DNA of 57,569 bases, filler included, from Catajapyx aquilonaris (Eukaryota), in NCBI GenBank assembly GCA_000934665.2. It is 2 parts of 2 records of this genome, joined end to end, with 100 filler letters (N's around TTAATTAATTAA, not from the genome) between each part and the next. Parts side by side here need not be neighbours in the genome. Positions count along the whole stretch, not along the records: positions 28,885 to 57,569 come from KZ539242.1; 1 more part is not named here. One strand, given 5' to 3'. Below are positions 49,536-57,569 of this stretch, one piece after another (positions within the stretch are counted from its first letter, which is position 1; every line of letters begins with the position of its first letter). Position numbers and translations under genes: made by a program. Under the pieces are notes generated by a model that had not been told where the DNA came from, ran no database searches, and saw only the letters and a list, made by a program, of their open reading frames with translations.

Positions 49536-51253
49536 ATGACAAATACAGCAATTTCGGTGGAGGAACCGAGACAACAGAAAGACCAAAGCTCATTCTGGGA
49601 AGTGTTCAAACCAGTGGCCATCTTGTCAGTGGTTGGAGGAATCGCTCCTTTTCCTTGGCCCAAGAATGAAGAAGACTTGAGGGGAAAGTGGTACAGACGG
49701 TGGCCAACAATGGTGCATTTTATTATTCTCGGCTTTTACATCATCATGTTCGCACATGCTCCGCCAGACTATTGGACAGACTGCCATCAGAATCAAACAC
49801 GACGAATAGCTGGCTATATTATAGATTCCGTAATATTTTTCGGAGGGTGGATAACCTTCATTCTGGTCCAAACAAAGGTCACCAGGATTTGGAAATTGGT
49901 CATCCGCTTCTCAAATCAAGAAGTGACATATGACAAGAGAAAGTTGCGTATATATTCCGTGCTGCTGGTTGTTGCTTGCGTGCTTATTCCATTAATAATA
50001 TTCTCTTATGTCATAACCACTTCCGCACTTGTGGGGGCCTTATCTGAGACATTCACCTTGTTGGGAGTATTCGTGCTGTATCATTCTGTTTTTTTAATGG
50101 TCGTGTGGCTTGCACAATTAATATTCTTAGTACTTGTCCACCTGTCTCATCTCCAATATTTCAATAATGAAATTATCAAAATCTGCAATTACCTCCTAAC
50201 AAACGCAACTGATGACCAGCTCGATGAGAGAATTAGGAAGTCCACAAGTGATTGTGTCAACCTTTTCCATGAGTTGAATGCTTTGGTAAACATTATCAAC
50301 AGTATTTATGGCACACTTATTTTGAACAATTTCTTGATATTTGTTATTTGGTTGACCACATCCTGCTTCTTTTTCTTTTTGAGGGCTTCGATTATACCCA
50401 CTATTGTGTCAGTGTTTTGATTCCTCAGTATTTGCACCCAGGTATCATCCGAAGCTGCATTAGCCATCATTTTGGGAGCCATACCAACACAGGTAAGATA
50501 AAGAGTAGCCTACATTATTATATCACTCTAGGCGTATACGCACACTTTGCATGTAGAGTGATACGTATAATACTGTACCGAGTGCAGATCATAACGATTA
50601 CTCTCTCCGTTACAAAATTTATTCGCATTTTTTTGTCACAAAGTCACCCAGCAATTAGGGGGTGACTTTGTGACATAGTGAGATTTGTCACTTTGTGATA
50701 CACCTGATTGATAATAACTATATTTAGTATTACGTAATTTTATTACGCTTTTTAGAGCAGGAAATCCTTGCCCGACCTCATCCATACATATCGTCAAGTA
50801 GATAACCCACGCGTCAAAGCAGACGTAAGTACATAGAACATGCCACATATCATGGATGTATAATGACATACTGTACATCTTAAATGCAATAGTTATTACT
50901 CTGAAGAATAACTGTTTCTTAACAGGGGGCATTTCATTTCAGATTGAGTCACTAATTAGAAGGATGACAGAGACTCCCATGGAGATAACTGCTGCTAGTT
51001 ACTTCAAGGTCAATCGCGCCATATTGACCTCGGTATGTTGGGTTGTAGTTGAACTTGTTTCCATTCATCTGTTCATAGCTTTGACAAAAAATGTCCTCAC
51101 TATACGCAGGTGGCAGGGGCAGTGACCACATACCTGATAGTACTGGCTCAGTTCAACATGGCTGACAACACAAAGCAGCTAACCAATGCATCATCGACCA
51201 CTACTAGTGTCACAGACGCAGTTACTGATGTGACTCCGTATGAATCGACATAG
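49536..51253 (+). pseudogene. Gustatory receptor, copy L, single premature TGA (Trp to stop) late in exon 1
   Basis: Exons 49536-50492, 50756-50824, 50943-51032, 51110-51253; TGG of paralogs is TGA at 50418-50420; otherwise open. Confidence 0.88.
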
Positions 51254-51655
51254 ATGGAAACGAAAGACAAGACACCGAATCTACTGGAAGAAACACTTCT
51301 GTCTAAGCCACAATCTTTATTATATTGCTTCAGGGAATTATCATAAGAAGGCAATCGCATTATGCAACGAGGATCTTACGTTGTGAAATAGTTCTGTGGT
51401 ATTTACTGTATTACATTTATAGATTTTGCTGTACGTACTCTATGATGTGAGTGACATTAATGAAGTCGAAGGAATTGCATAAGGCCTAGACCTTGGTCTA
51501 GGTGTTGTCACCTGACACGCCAATCGCCTGATGTTTTCAGTCAATATGAAGAAACAATAAGACGACAGTTGGTGATATGACAGTGGAGAAGTACAAGGTA
51601 CGGCGACGTTATTCTAGGAGTCGGTCGCTGGATTTGCCAAACTGAGATTATAAAA

Positions 51656-52527
51656 ATGACGAATACCTTGATTTCGGTGGAAGAAGCGAGACAACCGAAA
51701 GGTCAAAGTTCATTCTGGGAAGTGTTGCGACCAGTGGCTATCTTGTCAGTGGTTGGAGGAATCGCTCCTTTTCCTTGGCCGAAGAATGAAGAAGACTTGA
51801 GAGGAAAGTGGCACAGACAGAGGCCAACAATGGTGCATTTTCTTATTCTCGGCTTTTACATCACTATATTCATCTATTATACGCCGCACCACAGGACAGA
51901 TAGCAATCATTTCATAAATCAAACACAAAGAATAGCTGCCTACATTATAGATTCCATAATACTGTATTTGGTGGCGCATGGATAAGTTTATTCATACGGG
52001 TGGGTTCAACCTAAAGTCACCCAAATTTGGAAACCGATAATCCGCTTTTCTAACCTGGAAATGACATGGAGTGACAAGAGAAAGGTTCGAATTATTCTCT
52101 GTTACTGGTTGTCGCTTGTTTCCTCATTCCTTTAATAACCTTTTCTTTTCTGATAATATTTCGCGTAGATAATGGAGATTTATTTGAGACGTTCCCCTTG
52201 GTGGCCCTGCAGAATAACTACGTTAACAGGGGATATTTCATTTCAGTTGAAGTCATTGATTATACGAATGTCCGCACTTCCCATGGAAATAACTGCTGCT
52301 AGTTACTTCAAGGTCAATCGCGCCCTATTGACCTCGGTATGTTGGGCTGTAGTGTAGTTCAATTTCTTTCCATTCATATGTTCACAGCTCTCTGACATAA
52401 TATGATCTGACTCTATGCATTGCAGGTGGCAGGAGCTATGACCACATGCCTGATAGTACTGACTCAGTTCAAAGTGGCTGACAACCCAAAGCACGTAGCC
52501 ACAGCAACATCGGTCACTACAAGTATG
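51656..52527 (+). pseudogene. GR pseudogene, copy M (F-like)
   Basis: Frameshifts near 51960-52000; deletion at about 52204 joins exon 1 to intron 2; exon 3 52247-52336; exon 4 from 52426 with degenerate TTCLIVLTQF. Confidence 0.87.
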
Positions 52528-54252
52528 CCTTGCTGTCACTATTAGTGGATTATCATTGCCTTATTTTCTTATCGCTCGTTGTTCTTACACCCTTATACTT
52601 TTCTTAGTTATTGTCCATCTGTCACGTCCGCAATATTTTAACAGCCAAATTATTAATATTTGCAATCACATTACAAACGCAATGGATGACAAAGATAATG
52701 AGCGAATTAACAATAATTATATTGATTCTGTCGATCTTTTTCATGAGTTGAGTGTTTTGGTAGATATCATCAACCGTATTTATGGCATATTGATTCTGAA
52801 TATTTTCCTTGCAACTTATTATTTGTGCTTGACCACATCTTTCTTGCTTTTCTTTTTGAAGTCATCAATATATTTCGCCCATTTTGTCAGTGTTTTGACT
52901 CGTCGGTATTTGTACCCAGGTATCATCCGGAGGTGCATTAGCTATCATTTTGGGAGCCCTACCTGGACAGGTAAGATCCTATCAATCTGCATATGCACTT
53001 TACATGAGATTAACTGCACCAGTAAGTAGAAGAAAAAAAGTGACCGGTTGTTTAAGCCAGCAACCATTGCAAAGAAAAGCAACAATACTGACAAGAGAAG
53101 TGTAAGTGTTGTCCGTGGTGTTTCTGAATAAAACTTGGCACAATAATACAGTATAAGCAGGTAAGTATTAAATAAAATGCAAACAATTAAGGCGGATGAC
53201 CACAAGGTCAACAGTTAGGACCTGTCGAACTCACAAGGGACACTTTCCAAGCTCTCGCCGATTTTCTTGAAATTCGGTGCATTTTTAGCCCTCAAAAAGG
53301 GATCACCGGGTCATTTTAGCAGGTCACTTTAGGTGCGTTTTTCATCCCTTGAGGTGGGCTACCAATGTACCGAATTTCAGAAAATCGGTGAGACCTTGGA
53401 GAGTGTCCCTTGTGAGTTCGAGAGGTCATAACTTTTGACCTTGTGGTCATCCGCCTAAATTGTTTGCATTTTCTTTAATACCTTACCTGCCTATATTATT
53501 GTCCCAAGTTTCATTCAGAAACTCCACGGACAACAAACACTTCCCTTGCATGAGAAACTAATGTAGGTATTTTAATCGCTTTTTGCTCATTGTTTTTCAT
53601 TCAACTGGCTGCTAAATTAGTAGATTACACTATGCAACACGATGTTTGTCTCTGGGATTTCATTGCTATTTACATACGTTCCTTATGTCACTCGTAACTC
53701 CTAATGGCCTCTCATTTTATCCGAAATTGGCTTGTGACCTTCGAGCAGTCAACTACATTCCTCGAAATACGGGGATCTTTCCGAATCAAGCGGGACGAAA
53801 TGCTGCTAGACCATCTCACTCAGATTTTCTTTTGCAGAACATTACAGATGTTTGTACCTATGCTGTAACGCAGCATACAGGTTTCAGACCCTGTGAAGGG
53901 AAAAAGAGAGAAATTCTGAAAAGGGCTGAAAATGAGGCCTTTTTTGTAGCGGTTTTGTTTTGGTTAGTGGAGTGGTCAAACCCTAGTAAATATATATCCG
54001 TATTTCAAATGAAAGAGAAAGACGGGGAGAATGAATATGGAATTCGTTTTCGTCTAAAAGGTAAGCAGAATAATACGTGATGGAACTGCTTCTATCCAGA
54101 GCTTACTTTTAAAAAGGCAGAATTTTTACATCAGAATGGCCATATTGACCTTAACCTCATATACTTTAACTATATTATGTGATTTTAAATTTTAGAGCAC
54201 GAAGTCCCAGCCCTAACTCATCCATGCATATAGTCAAGTCGATAACCCACAC
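52528..54252 (+). pseudogene. GR fragment, copy N (D-like): 3' half of exon 1 and interrupted exon 2
   Basis: 52528-52970 matches 35063-35497 with indels; donor at 52971; exon 2 starts 54196 and is interrupted near 54252 by the same sequence as copy K. Confidence 0.82.
53092..53548. mobile_element. Palindromic MITE (about 190-bp arms) in GR copy N intron 1
   Basis: GTTGTCCGTGG.GTTTCTGAAT.AAACTTGG..GGCGGATGACCACAAGGTCAA..TCGAACTCACAAGGGACACT is inverted at 53364-53548; absent from intron 1 of copy D. Confidence 0.78.
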
Positions 54253-54873
54253 ACGAACACATCAGTACAAGGCTAGCTGTCATTGAAGGTGTACGCAAGT
54301 CTGGTGGCTCTTGACTATTTACATCATCCTGGGGTCAACACCATCGTCCGGAGACGTTCGTCAACTAGCACCTACAGGTGACATGTCGTCTTCCATGATG
54401 ATAGCTGTTTACATCGCTCATCGAACACACCGTTTCGTGCTGGACAGTTTACATTGTTTTTGCATAGTTTGAATATGAATTTTTGTATGTTTATATGTGT
54501 AACTAGTATTAACCGCAAAAGTGATGTCGCGAATGTTTAAGTGCTTTTGTGCTTATGTGTTGGCAATCCTGGGCGCTGCCATGTTACGGATGGGTTTATT
54601 TGGCGATGTTCCGGAATCCACAACACTCTGCTCACCTGTCACGGCCGCGGTCCCTACTTGGCCGCACGGTCTGAGTCGGTGTTTGAGAGCGACACTACTT
54701 ATTCTTGCCTGTAATGAAATGACAGGATGGCCTCAGGATACGATTCGTACATGTTCCCGACCGGACAAGCACAAAAAAAACCAACGGCCCAACACGTTAG
54801 AACCTCCTTTCCTCTTGCACGTAGAGACAAAATTGACGTAGTGTACTAGAAAGAGGAGAAAAATTCATTATAG

Positions 54874-55259
54874 CAGTGGTTCCCAACCTTTTCGTCATGA
54901 AGCCCCCCTTTCCGTTTTCACCAAACACTCATCCCCCCCCCCCCCCCAAACCCACAANNNNNNNNNNNNNNNNNNNNNNNNNNNNNNNNNNNNNNNNNNN
55001 NNNNNNNNNNNNNNNNNNNNNNNNNNNNNNNNNNNNNNNNNNNNNNNNNNNNNNNNNNNNNNNNNNNNNNNNNNNNNNNNNNNNNNNNNNNNNNNNNNNN
55101 NNNNNNNNNNNNNNNNNNNNNNNNNNNNNNNNNNNNNNNNNNNNNNNNNNNNNNNNNNNNNNNNNNNNNNNNNNNNNNNNNNNNNNNNNNNNNNNNNNNN
55201 NNNNNNNNNNCCCCCCCCCCCCTGAAATCCTCTCACGGCCCCCCGGTTGGGAACCACTG
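54874..55259. mobile_element. hAT-type MITE spanning an N gap
   Basis: TIR CAGTGGTTCCCAACC / GGTTGGGAACCACTG with perfect 8-bp TSD CATTATAG (54866-54873, 55260-55267); one end also present inverted at about 47300-47430. Confidence 0.85.
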
Positions 55260-55459
55260 CATTATAGGAACGTATATATTGGTGGTTGGTAGGGTCACTT
55301 GAATACTAATTGAATAACTAATTTTGAGTGTCATAGTACAATCCCTTGGAGACTGGAGAGGCCACGCAAAGGATATAATGGAAAGGATGATAATGAAAAG
55401 GATGATATGAATAATACATACAGACACGTAAACACTCGCACAATGTAGGCTACTATTAA

Positions 55460-55665
55460 CCGCCAAAGTAATGTCGCGACTGTTTATGCGCTTTTGTGTT
55501 TATGTGTTGGTAATCCCGGGCGCTGCCAGGTTATGCTTATTTGGCGATTTTAGGCATGCACAACACTCTGCTGACCGGTCACGGCCGCGGTCCCTTGGGC
55601 TCACGCTCCCGCAAGTGGCCGCACGGTCTGTGTCGCTGGTTGAGAGCGACGCTACTTATTCGTGC
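55460..55665 (+). repeat. Dispersed repeat of unknown class (three copies)
   Basis: TTATGTGTTGG..CC.GGGCGCTGCCA.GTTA..GTCACGG.CGCGGTCCCT..GCCGCACGGTC also at about 46890-47035 and 54520-54705. Confidence 0.6.
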
Positions 55666-55704
55666 AACTTACTTCTAGTTTGGGTAATTCCATGTGAGAT
55701 CATA

Positions 55705-56560
55705 CAACTGTGGTCTGAGGGAGCCGGATTACTGTCGGATACACAGGCAGCTTTCAGGCCGGGACGTGGCTGCATAGACCACATTTTTACCTGAAATATG
55801 CCGGTGCAACGATATATCAACCCACCAAAAGGTAAACTATAGACAACATTTCTTGACCTATCGAAAGCATTTGATTCGGTGCAACACGAAAAACTGTGGA
55901 GAATATTACAAGATAGCGGAATGAGCACGCAGTTTATCGCGATTATATGCGTGATATTTACTCCAAATTCCGCATTACTCAAGGGCTGGGCGGATCTGGG
56001 GAGACTCTCCGTGTGGAAAAGGGAGTTCTCCAGGGAGAAGTGCTTTCGCAAACACTCATTAATATTTATATGGCTGGCCTACATGCGGCACTGGTACAGT
56101 CAGGAGTAGGCTACACTGTGGAGCTAACAATGATGACATTCACTATTTTGCCTATGCGGATGATATAGTTTTACTTGCAAGTCATCCACTCCATCTGCAA
56201 AAGGCATTAGACGCGACCGCGTCTTTTCTTATCCGACTAAATCTGAAATTCAGCAAAAATTGTAATGTTTAGGAGAGTTGGTATGATTTCCCGGAAGTTA
56301 AAATTTACGGTGGATTCGCACCTTATCGACATTGTTCCGCAATATAAATATTTAGGGGTAGTATTTTCTTCATTCGGGAAATTTATTAAAATGGCCGAGG
56401 CCACAAAATGTAAGGCGATAGCTGCAATAAATAATGTTCTGCTCTATGGCCAACTCTAACGAATCTTCGTGTACGTGATATACAGGTGGCAAGGAATCTG
56501 TACGTCAGTTACATAGTCCCGATTTTACAGTACGCCTTCCCAATCTGGGGGTACTCGATA
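55705..56560 (+). mobile_element. Degenerate non-LTR retrotransposon (LINE) reverse transcriptase fragment
   Basis: Motifs across frames: QAAFRPGRGCIDHIFT, FLDLSKAFDSVQHEKLW, KGVLQGEVLSQTL, FAYADDIVLLA (YADD 56153-56164), YKYLGVVFSS; multiple stops and frameshifts; clade not resolved. Confidence 0.9.
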
Positions 56561-57052
56561 TGTATCAATTATGGAACAGCTCCAAAACTACTTCTTGAAC
56601 AAGTTTTTTGAGTTTTTGAGTTTTTGTGCTAAAAGCACAGCGGGTTTCTTTATTTGGCTGCTGGAGACAGACATCCCGCATTTGGAAATTACGCTGGTGA
56701 ACCAGATGATAAAACTTTATAAGAAGCTTAAAACGTTTTGGAGAATAAAATTCTGTTTGCTGCATACAAATATGCGAAGAATCCCAAATTCGACTCCGCT
56801 CACACTTTGCATAGAGATTGGTGGAACACCGCGAATCACGCTTACCAAGTGGCCCTATATATTTTTCATTTTAATTCATTAAAATTCATTTTGAAGGACA
56901 AAACTGTGATTGGTGTAATCTAAGAGTTGAATTTGACTTGTTTCATTTGCTGTTTGAATGTCCGTATTTTGATATACCCCGGAACCAACTACTTCAGGAC
57001 ATGTACCCCCAGACAAACTAGCGTATGCTCTGCTTGCCCCTCCCAAAAAGTT

Positions 57053-57398
57053 AATTAATAATTGATTGGGTATTCGGCTAGCCCCAGAGGGGCCTTCTGC
57101 CAGACTTTTATTTCGATGGTATGCAATTTTTGGGAATCCTATTTTTGAAGCGCCCGGGCCCACGGGCAGGATGACAGGAGGGGATGTGCAAAGTGCAGTG
57201 AATCTGACGCTGTGGCCATTTTTCGTGAACTCCCCCGGGTGGTTTAGTATGTAGGATATACCACCCGAGACGAAGCCAGAGGTTACCCTGAACTCTGCAC
57301 GAGATGAAGGGGGTGTCCCCGGGCTGGGATCGAATCCGGGACCTTAACATCCGTGGGCGCGCACGCTGCGCCGCATTAACCAACAAGCCCAACAAGCC
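57053..57398 (-). mobile_element. tRNA-derived SINE family C copy
   Basis: Reverse complement matches 20835-21070 (GCGCCCACGGATGTTA.GGTCCCGG.TTCGAT..CGTGCAGAGTT..CCACCCGGGG.AGTTCAC). Confidence 0.8.
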
Positions 57399-57569
57399 CG
57401 GGCTTGGGGCGCGCGAGTTTTAGGGGCGCAAAATTTTGGGCTCTGCACTAGATATATTGAAAAATTATTTATTAATTTATTAATTTATTTCAAATATATT
57501 ATTATGCACTGCTTTGCTAATTCTATCAGTGGCGTAACGGCAGGGGGGGGGCTAAAATCACGGAGGAGG

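Overview
This is eukaryotic DNA, almost certainly arthropod (probably hexapod), intron-rich and repeat-rich. It comes in two pieces joined by an artificial 100-nt linker (44 N + TTAATTAATTAA + 44 N, 28785-28884). Left piece: (i) a nested DNA-transposon cluster at 0.7-4.4 kb with two Transib elements (CACAGTG-type ends, 5-bp TSDs, one with a decayed RAG1-like transposase); (ii) Tc1/mariner and Harbinger-type MITEs and several modular tRNA-derived SINEs; (iii) the last 8 coding exons (15133-24908, minus strand) of a DPP4/DPP10-family (S9B) dipeptidyl peptidase with an intact Ser-Asp-His triad, with a tRNA-Glu-like gene with an 8-nt anticodon loop in one intron. Right piece: a tandem, same-strand array (29.4-54.3 kb) of about 14 gustatory receptor (GR, 7tm_7) genes or fragments, each with four exons, phase-0 introns and the TYLIVLAQF motif. 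Four are intact, two carry a single premature TGA, and the rest are deleted, frameshifted or TE-interrupted relics. A hAT MITE, a decayed LINE reverse transcriptase and a SINE follow. Copy labels A-N are mine. I see no prokaryotic-type novel system. The best leads are the young, recombining GR expansion (including a stop-readthrough candidate), the Transib ends with RSS-like asymmetry, and the expanded-loop tRNA. All calls come from reading and translating by eye; no searches were run.
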